From positions 896,001-960,000 of the forward strand of contig CAWKHF010000002.1 of NCBI GenBank assembly GCA_963849325.1: a stretch of 64,000 nt of DNA. The letters run 5' to 3'. This DNA comes from an uncultured Planctomycetota bacterium. Its GTDB lineage: Bacteria > Planctomycetota > Planctomycetia > Gemmatales > Gemmataceae. Under the pieces are notes generated by a model. The model was not told where the DNA came from. It saw nothing but the letters and a program-made list of their open reading frames with translations, and searched no databases. Made by a program: the position numbers and the translations under genes. The stretch's first letter is position 1. Every line of letters starts with the position of its first letter. Below are positions 30,470 through 41,355 of this stretch, piece after piece.

Positions 30470-31132
30470 TCACAACGGCTTGACGAGGAGGTTGCGGAAC
30501 TCGACGCGGCCGTCGTGGCTCTGCACGCCCAGATGGCCCTTCGGCCGCTGCAAACCGGGGTGCTGTTCGAAGTGTGCCTTGTAGTCGTCGAGGTTGGCGT
30601 CCGTGACGATCTCGCCGTTGAGTTCGATCGTGAGGCGGCGGCCGCGAGCGAGGATGCGCATCTTGTTCCACTCGCCGGGCCCCTTGCCGGGTAGCTTCGA
30701 GGGAGGAACGACACCGTAGATGGAACCCGTGTGCTGCGTCGGCTTCAGCTTGTACCTGTGGACCTTCTCGTAGTTGGCGTCGTCGATGAGCTGAATCTCG
30801 ATGCCCTTGCTGGACACGGCGCCGGTCAGCGGAGCGCGCACGGCCACGCCACTGTTGCCGCCGTCCTTGTCCCAGCGGTACTCCAACCGCAGCTCGAAGT
30901 CGCCGTACTCCTTCTCCGTCAGCAGCCAGCCGCCGCCGCTGCCGGTGGTACACAGCAAGCCCTTGTCCGCGCCCCACACCTCCATCTTGCCGCCGTAAGC
31001 CTTCCAGCCGTTCAAGTCCTTGCCATTGAATAACGCCTCAAAACCCTCGGGTATGTCTTTTTCAGCGGACCCGGCGAAAGAAAGCAGACCGAGCAAGGCG
31101 CCCAGGGTCAACGGAACGATGGCGCGGCGCAT
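30470..31132 (-). CDS. DUF1080 (3-keto-disaccharide hydrolase-like) exported protein
   Basis: LFNGKDLNGW, YGDFELRLEY, NSGV, GEWNKMRI, GHLGVQSH..VEFRN. Confidence 0.9.
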   Translation of the reverse strand: MRRAIVPLTLGALLGLLSFAGSAEKDIPEGFEALFNGKDLNGWKAYGGKMEVWGADKGLLCTTGSGGGWLLTEKEYGDFELRLEYRWDKDGGNSGVAVRAPLTGAVSSKGIEIQLIDDANYEKVHRYKLKPTQHTGSIYGVVPPSKLPGKGPGEWNKMRILARGRRLTIELNGEIVTDANLDDYKAHFEQHPGLQRPKGHLGVQSHDGRVEFRNLLVKPL

Positions 31133-31275
31133 GAGGGTATCTCCGAAGACGGATAGGGCGAGGCTGGAACGCTCCAGCGGCTGGACTGCGATTATGGGGC
31201 GGCCAACGCGGCAACGCAAGGGGCCGGCGAAAAAGGTGGACGATGGGCGGGCCGGGGTGTAAGGTTATCTCCTGT

Positions 31276-31492
31276 CTCGACAGGTTCTCCCTGTCCCCGA
31301 GTGGGAGGGGAGACAATAGGGAAAACGGTGCGAATCCGTTGCGGGGCCGCCGCTGTGATCGGCCAGGTCTCCGAACATTCTCAGACCACTGCGAATCGGC
31401 GTTGACGCCGGACGCGGGAAGGTCGTTCGGGACCGCGAAGCAGATTGCCCATCTGCTCCAGGAGCCGTAAGCCAGAAGACCTGCCTGCCGAG
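31276..31492 (+). promoter_or_regulatory. Cobalamin riboswitch
   Basis: AATAGGGAA, CGGTGCGAATCCG, GCCGCCGCTGTGA, CCACTG, GGGAAGG and the B12 box AAGCCAGAAGACCTGCC. Confidence 0.93.
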
Positions 31493-31617
31493 GGTTGTGT
31501 TCCGATGCTTCGGCCTCAAGCATCCGGGCAGGCCCTTTCGCCATCGCGACGAATCCTGGCCCCCTTGCCAAGCCGAAGCAGTCTCCTTTGCCCGTGCCGG
31601 CAGAAAGGACTGTTTCC

Positions 31618-32424
31618 ATGCTGCGCTCCCCGTCCCGTCGTCGTCCGTCCGCTTTCACCCTGATCGAGCTGCTCGTCGTCATCGCCATCATCGCCATCCT
31701 GATCGGCCTGCTGCTGCCGGCCGTGCAGAAGGTGCGCGAGGCCGCCGCGCGAACGCAGTGCGCCAACAACCTCAAACAGCTGACCCTGGCGGTCCATAAT
31801 TATGAGTCCGCCAACCAGATCATTCCTCCCGAGAACGGTCCGTATGGCGGTCCCCCCGGTTATACAACGCAATGGTGGTTCGCCCAAACGAGCTACGATG
31901 CCAACTTCAACCTGATCTACGACCCGACGCAAGGGATTCTCACTCCCTACTACGAGAACAACGCCAAGGTGACCATGTGTCCGAGCCTCAACGCCCCGCC
32001 GGGGTTCTTCTCCTACACGTCTCCGACGGGGCAACCTCTCACCGGCGGCTACGGCTACAACCAGGCGATCGGGAGTCAGCGCATGGTGCAGATCCAATCG
32101 ACGAGCACGACGTACCTTTTCTGCGATTCCGCTCTGCTGGCTTTGTGCTCCGGCGGTTCCTGCACCATGCAAGAGTCGGACGCCATCGTTGGGCCGGTCC
32201 CGTTGGCCGCGAATGGGCCGTTTGGAATCAATCAGGCGCTGACGCATTTCCGGCACACCAACGTCGCCAACATGGCGTTTCTCGACGGCCACGTCGGAAC
32301 CGTGCTCCTCACCTATTCGCCGTTGGACCCCAGCTGGCCGGCGAACGCGGCGACGTATCTTCAGACGAACCAACTCGGTTTCCCGACCAACGCGAACGCG
32401 CCCTACGCGGGCAACGGTTCGTGA
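31618..32424 (+). CDS. DUF1559 prepilin-type N-terminal cleavage/methylation protein
   Basis: [33 protein letters not shown]-terminal [12 protein letters not shown] (H-X9-DG). Confidence 0.93.
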   Translation: MLRSPSRRRPSAFTLIELLVVIAIIAILIGLLLPAVQKVREAAARTQCANNLKQLTLAVHNYESANQIIPPENGPYGGPPGYTTQWWFAQTSYDANFNLIYDPTQGILTPYYENNAKVTMCPSLNAPPGFFSYTSPTGQPLTGGYGYNQAIGSQRMVQIQSTSTTYLFCDSALLALCSGGSCTMQESDAIVGPVPLAANGPFGINQALTHFRHTNVANMAFLDGHVGTVLLTYSPLDPSWPANAATYLQTNQLGFPTNANAPYAGNGS

Positions 32425-32490
32425 GCCGGCGACGGGGGTACGGTCCTAGAATGAAAGGGGTTCGTTTCTCTTTTGCCAGGAGACCCCTTC

Positions 32491-32907
32491 ATGGCCGTAT
32501 CCCCTAACGGTGCCGCTCTGCTGCGCCGTTCGATGTTGAAATCGAAGCTCCATCGCCTCACCGTCACGCACGCCGACGTCGATTACGAAGGCAGTGTGAC
32601 GATCGACGCGCGCTTGCTCGAAGCGGCGGACATTCTGCCGTATGAGGAAGTCCACGTCTGGAACGTGACGCGCGGCAGTCGGCTGCGCACCTACGCCATG
32701 GCCGCGGAGTCCGGCTCCGGCATCGTCTGCGTCAACGGCGCCGCCGCCCACCTCGCCCAGCCCGGCGACCTCGTCATCGTGGCCACGTTCACGCAAATGG
32801 ACGATACCGCGGCCCACATCCATCGGCCGCGCATCGTCCTGATCGGTTCGGACAACCGCATCCGCGAGACCGGAGCGGAGGAAGTCGCCGGGCCAGGCCG
32901 GCGCTAG
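32491..32907 (+). CDS. panD: Aspartate 1-decarboxylase
   Basis: [16 protein letters not shown] self-cleavage site, TYA, VNGAAAH..GDLVIV. Confidence 0.93.
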   Translation: MAVSPNGAALLRRSMLKSKLHRLTVTHADVDYEGSVTIDARLLEAADILPYEEVHVWNVTRGSRLRTYAMAAESGSGIVCVNGAAAHLAQPGDLVIVATFTQMDDTAAHIHRPRIVLIGSDNRIRETGAEEVAGPGRR

Positions 32908-32919
32908 GAGAAAAGGTCA

Positions 32920-34035
32920 ATGAAGATCGTTGACGTGCGTGTCACGGGATTGTCGGGCGGAACGGTGGACGGCGGTTGGCCGCAGGGCAACCGGCCGGAA
33001 GAAGACCTCAACACTATTCTGGAGGTACTGACCGACGAGGGTTTGGTCGGCGTCGGCAGCGCCATGACGAGCAAGGGTCTGGTAGCCGCCGCGGTCGATC
33101 TGCTGCGGCCGCACCTGATCGGCGAACGGGCCGACGAGCCGGCGCGCGTCAGCGAGAAGCTGCGGCAGGCGACGTTCTGGCAGGGCCGCGGCGGCGCCGT
33201 CGAACACGCCATCAGCGGCCTCGACATCGCCCTGTGGGACTTGATGGGGCACATCTGCGGCCAGCCCGTCAGTCGATTGCTCGGCGGCCGTTACCGCACG
33301 CGCATCAAACCCTACGGCTCGATCCTGTTCGACGAGCCGGGTCCGCTGCGCGAGACCCTGCGGCAAACGGTGGCGCGCGGCTTTCGAGCGATCAAGCTGG
33401 GCTGGCGACCGTTCGGCCGCCGCGATCGCCGCACTGATGAGCTTCTGGTGCGAACGGCGCGCGAGACGGTCGGGCCGGATGTCGAGTTGATGGTTGATGC
33501 CGGCGGCAGCGAACAGTTCTGGCCGCACGGTTACAAGTGGGCGCTGGAAACCGCGAAGATGCTGGCCGACTATGACGTCGTCTGGTTCGAGGAGGCGCTG
33601 CCGCCGGATGACCTCGAAGGGTATGTCGAGTTACGTCGCCATTCGCCGGTGCCAATCGCCACCGGCGAGGTGCTGACGCGACGGCAGAGCTTTCGTCCTT
33701 TTCTCGAACGACATGCCGTGGACATCATTCAACCGGATTGTACCAAGTGCGGGGGTCTGACCGAGGCGTGGCGCATCGGCTGGATGTCCTACGAGCACAA
33801 TATCCTGCTGGTGCCGCACGGTTGGAACACGGCCATCGGCCTGGCCGCGGATCTGGCCCTCGTCGCCTCGATCCCGGTGGCCCGTTACGTCGAGTATCTG
33901 ACTCCTTCGCCCTACATCGAGGAGATCATCACCGAGCCGTTCCAAATGGACGCCGAGGGTTATCTGCCCATCCCGGATAAGCCCGGCCTAGGGATCGAAC
34001 TCAACCGGGAAGCGTTGAAGAAGTACGGTTTTTAG
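32920..34035 (+). CDS. Mandelate racemase/muconate lactonizing enzyme family protein
   Basis: AISGLDIALWDL.G, KLG, LMVDAG, WFEE, IATGE, IIQPD, PHGW. Confidence 0.9.
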   Translation: MKIVDVRVTGLSGGTVDGGWPQGNRPEEDLNTILEVLTDEGLVGVGSAMTSKGLVAAAVDLLRPHLIGERADEPARVSEKLRQATFWQGRGGAVEHAISGLDIALWDLMGHICGQPVSRLLGGRYRTRIKPYGSILFDEPGPLRETLRQTVARGFRAIKLGWRPFGRRDRRTDELLVRTARETVGPDVELMVDAGGSEQFWPHGYKWALETAKMLADYDVVWFEEALPPDDLEGYVELRRHSPVPIATGEVLTRRQSFRPFLERHAVDIIQPDCTKCGGLTEAWRIGWMSYEHNILLVPHGWNTAIGLAADLALVASIPVARYVEYLTPSPYIEEIITEPFQMDAEGYLPIPDKPGLGIELNREALKKYGF

Positions 34036-34053
34036 AAGCCCTAACTTTTTGCT

Positions 34054-34110
34054 GACTAGCCCGGAGCGCCAGCGACGGGTCCGACCCGTCGCTGGCGCTC
34101 CGGGCTAGTC
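34054..34110. repeat. REP-like palindrome
   Basis: GACTAGCCCGGAGCGCCAGCGACGGGTC / GACCCGTCGCTGGCGCTCCGGGCTAGTC perfect inverted repeat. Confidence 0.85.
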
Positions 34111-34221
34111 GGGTATTCGGCCCGGAGGAAAATCGTGTATCAAATCGTCACGAGCGGGTAGTTATAAGGTAGAGGCAGGCGCTGCGATCCACAAAGCAGG
34201 CGGGACGGCAAGGTAGGTGAG

Positions 34222-36039
34222 ATGGCGACGAGTCCGATGAGCGAGGTCATCCAGCACCTTCGCCGGGCCGTGCTCCGGCGGGACGGTGCGGGGTTGACCG
34301 ATGGGCAACTGCTGGAGGACTACATCAGCCGCCGGAACGAGGCGGCTCTTGCGGCCCTGGTGCGGCGGCACGGCCCGATGGTCTGGGGCGTGTGCCGCCG
34401 TGTCCTCCGCAACTACCACGACGCCGAGGACGCCTTCCAGGCCACCTTCCTCGTCCTCGTCCGCAAGGCGGCGTCCATCGCTTCAAGGGCGTTGGTTGGC
34501 AACTGGCTCTACGGCGTGGCCCACCAGACGGCGTTGAAGGCGAGGGCGACCACGGCCAAGCGGCGAACGAGAGAGAGGCAGGTGACGGCCATGCCCGAAC
34601 CAGCCGTCGTGGAACAAGACCTCTGGCGTGATCTGCAACCCCTGCTGGACGAGGAGTTGAGCCGCCTGCCGGACAAGTACCGAGCCGTCATCGTCCTGTG
34701 CGATCTGGAGGGGAAGACCCGCAAGGAAGCGGCTCGGCAACTCGGCTGTCCCGAAGGGACGGTGGCGGGGCGGTTGGCGAGGGCGAGGACGATGCTGGCG
34801 AAGCGGCTCACCCAACGGGGCGTCGCCTTGTCCGGCGGGATGCTGGCGGCGGTGCTGTCGCAGAAGGCGGCGTCGGCGGGCGTGCCGACCTCGGTGGTGA
34901 CTTCCACGATCAAAGCCGCAAGCCTGTTTGCGGCGGGAACGGCGGCTACGGGAGCGATTTCGGTCAAGGTCGCCGCCCTGACAGAAGGAGTGCTGAAAGC
35001 CATGTTGCTAACGAAATGCAAAATCATGATCGTGCTGGTCGGAGCGCTGAGTGCCCTCGTCTTTCTCGGCTTTACCGCCTATCACGGCTTGGCACAACCA
35101 TCAGGGAACGAAAACACGCGGGAGGCAGCGAAAGCGGCTGAACAGACACCGGCGAGCAAGGACGGCGACGAGTCGGCCAAGGAGGAGTCGGACACTCACT
35201 CTTGCTGGCTCGCCTTCGGGCCGAAAGGAAAGGTCCGCGTCTTGATGCGTCTGAAAGGCAACGAAGTGGCTGTTGACCGGGATGGTGACGGCAAGTTCGA
35301 CAGCAAAGGCGAGCGTTTCGCATCCGAGAAGGACTGCAAGAAGGTTGTGATCGCTGACCCGGACGGCAAAACCTCCTACGTCATCACCGGCGTCCATGTT
35401 CTCCACGTCGTCCCGCCAGATAAGTTCGTGTCTGTCCGGGTCAACATTCGGGGGAAAGCCCCCTCCTACGCGCAGGAAAGCCTTGTCAAGATGGAGAATC
35501 GCCCGAATGATGCACCCCAAGCACAGTTTTACGGCCCACTGACGGTTTCACCGTATTTTAAGCAGGTTATGAACCGTGTTGATGTCCTCTTTGAAAACGA
35601 TCTCGTAAAGGTATCAGGACTGCTGCCCGAATCTGCCCGGAAGATGGCAGGCTTGGTCCTCGGCCCCGACTCATCCTTACCCAAATTCTTGAAGAGAGAT
35701 AAGCCAACGAACCTGTTTGCTCACCTGGCCACGGATGGAGAGAATAGCATTGTATCGGTCTGCTCGCCCGCGGAGACCGAGGAGAAGAGGAGGGAGGTCG
35801 CTCCCTTCCCCAAGGGCGTTCACCCCTTTGTGGACGTGGAGTTCCCGGCGAAGCAGCCGAGCGGTCCACGAATCAAGAGGCGGTATCCTCTCGATCAATG
35901 GATTGGTCTCTATCGTGGCTCCGTATCGGTTCCTGCGGACGCCGGTGTTGGCAGGGCCAAGGTGACGTTCGGCTTCGACACCTGGAAGGGAATCAAAGCC
36001 ATCCCCACCACCGTGGAAATCCCCGTGGACGAGCCATAA
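34222..36039 (+). CDS. ECF sigma-70 factor with TM helix and C-terminal extracytoplasmic domain
   Basis: DGQLL..EAALAALVRRHGPMVWGVCRR..DAEDAFQATFLVL; LPDKYRAVIVLCDLEG..GTVAGRLARAR. Confidence 0.9.
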   Translation: MATSPMSEVIQHLRRAVLRRDGAGLTDGQLLEDYISRRNEAALAALVRRHGPMVWGVCRRVLRNYHDAEDAFQATFLVLVRKAASIASRALVGNWLYGVAHQTALKARATTAKRRTRERQVTAMPEPAVVEQDLWRDLQPLLDEELSRLPDKYRAVIVLCDLEGKTRKEAARQLGCPEGTVAGRLARARTMLAKRLTQRGVALSGGMLAAVLSQKAASAGVPTSVVTSTIKAASLFAAGTAATGAISVKVAALTEGVLKAMLLTKCKIMIVLVGALSALVFLGFTAYHGLAQPSGNENTREAAKAAEQTPASKDGDESAKEESDTHSCWLAFGPKGKVRVLMRLKGNEVAVDRDGDGKFDSKGERFASEKDCKKVVIADPDGKTSYVITGVHVLHVVPPDKFVSVRVNIRGKAPSYAQESLVKMENRPNDAPQAQFYGPLTVSPYFKQVMNRVDVLFENDLVKVSGLLPESARKMAGLVLGPDSSLPKFLKRDKPTNLFAHLATDGENSIVSVCSPAETEEKRREVAPFPKGVHPFVDVEFPAKQPSGPRIKRRYPLDQWIGLYRGSVSVPADAGVGRAKVTFGFDTWKGIKAIPTTVEIPVDEP

Positions 36040-36314
36040 ACGGATAAGAGCGAGCAGCCGAAATCCCCGGCGACGGATAAATCAACTCCTCAAGCGGAAA
36101 GCAGGCTAAGCGGTGCCGCTATGGCCTCAGCGTCGGGATGAAGTTCCGCGGCACGATCTCGGCCACCCTGCGGACTGTCCGTGGGAAAGGGCCGGACGCC
36201 GAAGTGGAGATGAAAAGGGCCGCAGCCCATGACGCTACAGCCCTCGGAAACGGTTTGTGTCTGTCCCTGGCGTTCGATTTCGAAGCGATAATGCGGACGC
36301 CTCGGGCTGGTAAC

Positions 36315-37604
36315 TCACTCATACCAGTCGGTTCGCGTCAGCGGCAATCGCGCATCGCCGCGATCCGGCTTGGCCAGCAGCGATTGGTAGAGATTGAGCG
36401 CCTGGATCTCGTAGCCGTACCGCGATCGCGCCAGGTACTGGCGGAAGATGCGGAACGTCGTCTCGTCGGTCAAGCGGACGACTTCTTCGTGGCGCTGCTC
36501 CAGGCGTTGGAGCCAGTGCTTCAGCGTGAGAGCGTAGTGCTCGCGCAGTCCCTCCACGTCGCGCACCTCGAAGCCGGCCTCCTCCGCCTTGCGCAAGATG
36601 GTGCTGATGGGCCGCAGCTCGCCGTCGGGGAAGACGTAGCTTTCGGAGAACAGATGGCGCGGGATTGGTTCGCCGGCGGTGATGGTGATGCTCTGGTTGA
36701 AGAAGACGCCGCCCGGCCGCAACAGTTTCCAGGCCGCCCCGAAGAACGTCGGCATGTTCACTTCGCCGACGTGCTCAATCATGCAGATGGCGGCCAACTT
36801 GTCGTAGCCCTCCGGCTCATCCACCTCGCGGTAGTCGCGGTACTCAACGCGGCAGCGTCCCTCCAGCCCGGCCTGGCGAATACGCTCCTGCGCCCATTCG
36901 GCCTGGCGCCGACTGAGGGTGACGCCGGCCGCCTTGACGCCGTAGTTCTGGGCGGCGTGAATGACCAGGCCGCCCCAACCGCAACCGAGGTCGAGCAGAC
37001 GCTCTCCCGGCCGGAGCCGCAGCTTCTTGCAGACGTAATCCAACTTGCGCTCCTGAGCGGTGTCGAGGTCATCCTGAGCGTCGGTGAAATAAGCACAAGT
37101 GTAGACCATGTGGCGGTCCAGCCACAGCGAGAAGAAGTCGTTGGACAGGTCGTAGTGGTAGCTGATGGCTTGCCGATCGCGCTCCAGGGAGTGCTTGCTG
37201 CCCTGGAGTCGGGCGGCGCGGCCGGCGGGGCGGGGCTGGCCGGTGTTGGGCAAGCGGAGCAAGCGGGGCGCGAGGCGGAGACGCTGCCGCAGTCCGGGTT
37301 TGTTCTTCTGAAGGTGCCGCAGCAGGCCAATGAAGGCCACCATGTCGCCCTCAACGTCGAAGTCGTCGTAGACGTAGGCCTCGCCCATCCTCAGATGGCT
37401 GGCGCGCCAGAACATCTGCCGCAGCGTCCCAGGGTGCTTCAGCACGAGCGTGAACTTGGCGGTTTGTCCAGGGTCCGGCTCCCAGGTCGTGCCGTCCCAG
37501 AAGCGGACGGCGAAGTCACGCGGCTGGTAGCGAACCAGGAGATCCTGGAGAAAGGACAGGCTGGTCTGAACGGCGGGGTCTTTGGTGATCTGTTGGGTGC
37601 TCAT
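36315..37604 (-). CDS. cfa: Cyclopropane-fatty-acyl-phospholipid synthase
   Basis: ISYHYDLSNDFF, MVYTCAYF, LLDLGCGWG, MIEHVG, YVFPDG, HYALTL. Confidence 0.88.
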   Translation of the reverse strand: MSTQQITKDPAVQTSLSFLQDLLVRYQPRDFAVRFWDGTTWEPDPGQTAKFTLVLKHPGTLRQMFWRASHLRMGEAYVYDDFDVEGDMVAFIGLLRHLQKNKPGLRQRLRLAPRLLRLPNTGQPRPAGRAARLQGSKHSLERDRQAISYHYDLSNDFFSLWLDRHMVYTCAYFTDAQDDLDTAQERKLDYVCKKLRLRPGERLLDLGCGWGGLVIHAAQNYGVKAAGVTLSRRQAEWAQERIRQAGLEGRCRVEYRDYREVDEPEGYDKLAAICMIEHVGEVNMPTFFGAAWKLLRPGGVFFNQSITITAGEPIPRHLFSESYVFPDGELRPISTILRKAEEAGFEVRDVEGLREHYALTLKHWLQRLEQRHEEVVRLTDETTFRIFRQYLARSRYGYEIQALNLYQSLLAKPDRGDARLPLTRTDWYE

Positions 37605-37838
37605 GACGAAGGCAAAACTCCTCGGAGCCGGAAGCGTAAGCGAAACCTCGTCTCAAATTAACCGAGAGTCAACCTCCCGTCAATCAATCGAGAGAGAGAA
37701 TGGGTCGGATGCGGAGCCTTTTTCGGTGGGGCAAGCCATTCGTTCCGAAAACTCGTTGCAAATCGCGCCCGGCCGGGACAGGATAAACGTTCGTCCGGCG
37801 GACGGTCGCTGGACGAACGTTTCTCTCGGGAGGACACC

Positions 37839-38477
37839 ATGCGTCACACTCTGCTCTTGGCCGCCCTGCTCGCCCCCCTGGCCTTGTTGGCCGGCTTTCC
37901 GGCTGCGCTGGCCGACAGCTCGACGAGCGATTTCTTCAACGGCAAGGACCTCGACGGCTGGGAAGGCTTGACCCGGTACTGGAGCGTCAAGGACGGCGCC
38001 ATCGTCGGCTACACGCCGGAAGACCCCAAGTACAACACGTTCCTGTGTAGCAAGAAGAAGTACAGCGACTTCGAGATGCAGTTCAAGGTGCGTCTCAAGG
38101 ACGGCGTCGGCAACAGCGGCGTGCAGATCCGCAGCAAGAAAGTCGAGAACCCGGAGAAGTTCATCGTGGCCGGGCCGCAGTGCGACATCGGCGCCGGTTA
38201 CTGGGGCAGTCTGTACGGCGAGCGTTTCGGCGGCATGATGAAGCAATCGCCGCCGGAGCTAGTCAAGAAGGTGGTCAAGGCCAGCGACTTCAATGACTAC
38301 GCCATCAAGTGCGTCGGCAAGCACGTCACCATCCAGGTCAACGGCGAAACGATGGTCGATGGCGACTTCCCCAAGATGCCGGACGACGGCATCATCGCCT
38401 TGCAGTTGCACGCCGGATTCAAATCGATGGAAGTGACCTTCAAGGACATTCATTTCAAGGATCTCAGCAAGAAGTAA
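37839..38477 (+). CDS. DUF1080 exported protein
   Basis: FFNGKDLDGW, NSGVQIRS, GPQCDIG, GIIALQLH. Confidence 0.9.
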   Translation: MRHTLLLAALLAPLALLAGFPAALADSSTSDFFNGKDLDGWEGLTRYWSVKDGAIVGYTPEDPKYNTFLCSKKKYSDFEMQFKVRLKDGVGNSGVQIRSKKVENPEKFIVAGPQCDIGAGYWGSLYGERFGGMMKQSPPELVKKVVKASDFNDYAIKCVGKHVTIQVNGETMVDGDFPKMPDDGIIALQLHAGFKSMEVTFKDIHFKDLSKK

Positions 38478-38626
38478 GTCACCTCTCCGGGCACGCTCCC
38501 TCCGCGTCAGCGAGGGAGCTCCCTCGCTGACGCTGCGGCGCCCGGCGATGATTTGCATGACATGAGACAGATGCGATCCACGGCACGTCTCTTGCATCTG
38601 CTCCAGCAGGCCCCGAGGAGACATCC

Positions 38627-38849
38627 ATGAGTACGCAAGAGGTCGAGCAGTTGAAGGTCTTCCCGGCGGGAGACCAGAACATCATCCACGTTCCCAACGG
38701 TCGAGGGGAGGAGTTGCGTCTGCACCTGGCCTCTCACGGCGTCCGCGCGGGTCAGCCCGGCGGCGGAAACGCCCTATGAGCGGGTGGAGGTCGATGGCGA
38801 CATCGACGCCGAGGCGCTTCAGGCACTCGTGGACCAGTGGGAGCGCTGA
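38627..38849 (+). CDS. Small hypothetical protein (probable frameshift near 38750)
   Basis: GAGGAG RBS, MSTQEVEQLKVFP..LRLHLASHGV, continuing in another frame ..ERVEVDGDIDAEALQALVDQWER. Confidence 0.5.
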
Positions 38850-38876
38850 TCGGCAGGCACCGGAAGGCACTCGCCA

Positions 38877-39635
38877 TCAGCCGCGGCCGACGAAAGGCAT
38901 CTTGGCGGCCATCACGGTCAGAAACAGGACGTTGGCGTCCAGGGGCAGGCCGGCCATGTACAGCACGGCCCGCGCTACGTGTTCGACGTCCATCGTCGGC
39001 TCGACGGCGGTTGTGCCGTTGGCCTGCGGCACGCCTTCCTTCATTCGGGCCGTCATGTCGGTCCCGGCGTTGCCGATGTCGATTTGGCCGCAGGCGATGT
39101 CGTAGTCGCGGCCGTCGAGGGCGGTCGATTTGGTCAGCCCGGTGATGGCGTGCTTGGTGGCCGTGTATGGCGCCGAGCGCGGCCGGGGTGTATGCGCCGA
39201 GATGGAGCCGTTGTTGATGATGCGCCCACCCCGCAGCACCTGCTCCTTCATCAACCGAAACGCCGCCTGAGTACAGAGGAACGCGCCGGTCAGATTCACG
39301 TCCACGACCCGGCGCCACTGCTCGACCGTTAGCTCTTCCAGGGGCACGGACAGGGCGCCCGTGCCAGCGTTATTGAACAGGAGATCGAGGCGACCAAAGA
39401 TTTCCTTCGTCTGGTCGAAGAGGTTGCGCACCGACGCGGGATCGCTCACGTCGGTTGGAACGGCCCGCGCTCGCACGCTGGCCGGGCCTGCTTGGGTCAC
39501 GGTCTCTTCGAGGGTCTCCCGATGGCGCCCGGCCAGCGCCACGGAGTAGCCCTCGCGCAGCAGCGCGAGGGCCACAGCCCTGCCGATCCCGGAGCCTGCA
39601 CCCGTAACGACCGCTATTTTCCCGGTGCCCGTCAT
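38877..39635 (-). CDS. Short-chain dehydrogenase/reductase
   Basis: [17 protein letters not shown]. Confidence 0.93.
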   Translation of the reverse strand: MTGTGKIAVVTGAGSGIGRAVALALLREGYSVALAGRHRETLEETVTQAGPASVRARAVPTDVSDPASVRNLFDQTKEIFGRLDLLFNNAGTGALSVPLEELTVEQWRRVVDVNLTGAFLCTQAAFRLMKEQVLRGGRIINNGSISAHTPRPRSAPYTATKHAITGLTKSTALDGRDYDIACGQIDIGNAGTDMTARMKEGVPQANGTTAVEPTMDVEHVARAVLYMAGLPLDANVLFLTVMAAKMPFVGRG

Positions 39636-39724
39636 CGTCTCGATGCCTCGTTGAAAGAAGGGTAAAGCAGCGGCTCCCGAACCTACTCGATCTATGTCGC
39701 CGATCCTGGATCGGCCACACGAAG

Positions 39725-41232
39725 GGGTGTGAATCATTTACTTGGGTGACTTTACGCGGCGGCGCGGTGAGGCTGCGACCAGAAGCCGTCCCACACCTTG
39801 CCGCCACTGACATATAAAGCCCGTAGGGCCGCCACGGTCGCCGCACCGTCTTCTACCCAGCGCATGCCCGAACCCTTGAGCCTTTCACCGATGATCTTGC
39901 AGCCCGCCTCCGTCGGCCCACTGCCGATGTCCCAGCCCTTCTGACGATAGCGCGGATAATCGGTGCGATGCCGGTTGTTCTCGAAGTAGCCGATCAGCTT
40001 CCGCAGTTCCTCGTGAACCTCTGCCGATGTCTCCGGCGGCAAGTCCAACGCCCGCAAAAAGGTGAGCAAGGCTTCGCCCCCTTGCTCATAGAGGATTCCT
40101 TTGGCCTGCTGCTGCCACAGCACGCGGGCCGTTTCCTCGCCGGCATGCCAGACGTTGGCGAAGGCACAGAGGTGTTCGGCGGCGTGATACCAATCCAGGA
40201 TAGTCGTCAGGTTCTCGGCCAGGTGACGCTGCAAGGCTTCTTCCAGGCCGTTGCCGCCGTCGGTCACGGCGATCAAGTCACTCACCCGCGTAACGCCCAA
40301 CGCCCGGGCCTGCGCGCGCACTTGCTCCGCCAGCACATCGAGGTCGAAATCGACCAGGTAGCGGCTGTGCTCCTTTTGCGGCGTGTACAACAACGCGGTG
40401 TAGAGCATGCGATGCTCGGCCTTGCCTGCTCCGATCCCCTGCATCGGCACGCTGAAGGCGTCCAGGCCGACATAGGCCGCGGGCTGCCCTTCCCTTCGCG
40501 GTGCGGTCCAGAGGAGTTCGGGCTGCGTCGGCTCGACCATCGGCCCCGCTTTCTGCTGCGCCCGCAAGCGTTCGCCCTCCCCTTGGGTACAGCGCAATAC
40601 CGAGGAAGCCGACAGACGCACTCCGGAGAAACGCCGGAGGATGTCTTCGGACGCATCGCCGAAAGGCACCATCGTCCCGGCCAGACAGACCAGCGGCCGC
40701 AAGCCGGGGCTGATGGCATCGTGCAAGCCCAGTACCTCGTCGTAGGGGATGCAACTGTGGTGGCAGCGGGCACAGTAGTAATAGGCGCGCTCCAGACGCA
40801 CCTCGCCATGCACGGTCAACAGCCGCCGGGACTGGTAGGAATGAAACTTGGCCGTGTGCCCGCACAAGGTGCAGCGTACGCTGGAGCCTACGTAGCCCTT
40901 TTTTTCCGGCTCGCCACGCTGGCTTGCCGGACGTGGTTGACCAGCTTCTGCCCGGCATCGCGGAACTCGAAGTCGATGGCGCCGAATTCCTCCGCCTCGG
41001 GAACATCGACGGCCCTTTCGACAAGCTGGCGAACGGTCTGTTCGATCTGGGGTCGCAGCTGTTGCAGGATGGCTTCGATGCGTTCTTGGCGGGATGGGGC
41101 CACTGGGGAAGGACCGTGCTGGGAAGCCATGATGCAACTCCTGAGTGTGAAGAAGGCGTGTGCGTTTTGGACCTGGGAGTCAACCTATCGCGCGACAAGC
41201 CAAAAACCCACCCAAGTAACAGCTGCCCACCC
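39725..41232 (-). mobile_element. ISKra4-family insertion sequence
   Basis: Imperfect 24-bp TIRs GGGTG-N8-TTACTTGGGTG at both ends; flanking direct repeat CACACGAAG (39716-39724 and 41233-41241). Confidence 0.9.
39752..41130 (-). CDS. ISKra4 DDE transposase, two ORFs joined at an A7G slippery site near 40900
   Basis: YYYCARC, VGLDA, VTDGGNG, ILDWYHAAEHL, IGSGPTEAGCK, RLKGSGMRW. Confidence 0.88.
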
Positions 41233-41355
41233 CACACGAAGAGCACCGTCGCTTTCTTCTTGAATGGCGATACCACCCCCTGCTAGAGTTAGGTTCAAGA
41301 GAAGTCTTTTTCGTGTCTGTTGTCGCCGGTTTCTTCGCTTCGTGCAGGATCCTTC

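Noticed and set aside
29158-30714. 518-aa minus-strand ORF
   Set aside because: Only the last 131 codons (from ATG 29553) look genuine; the rest overlaps two other genes
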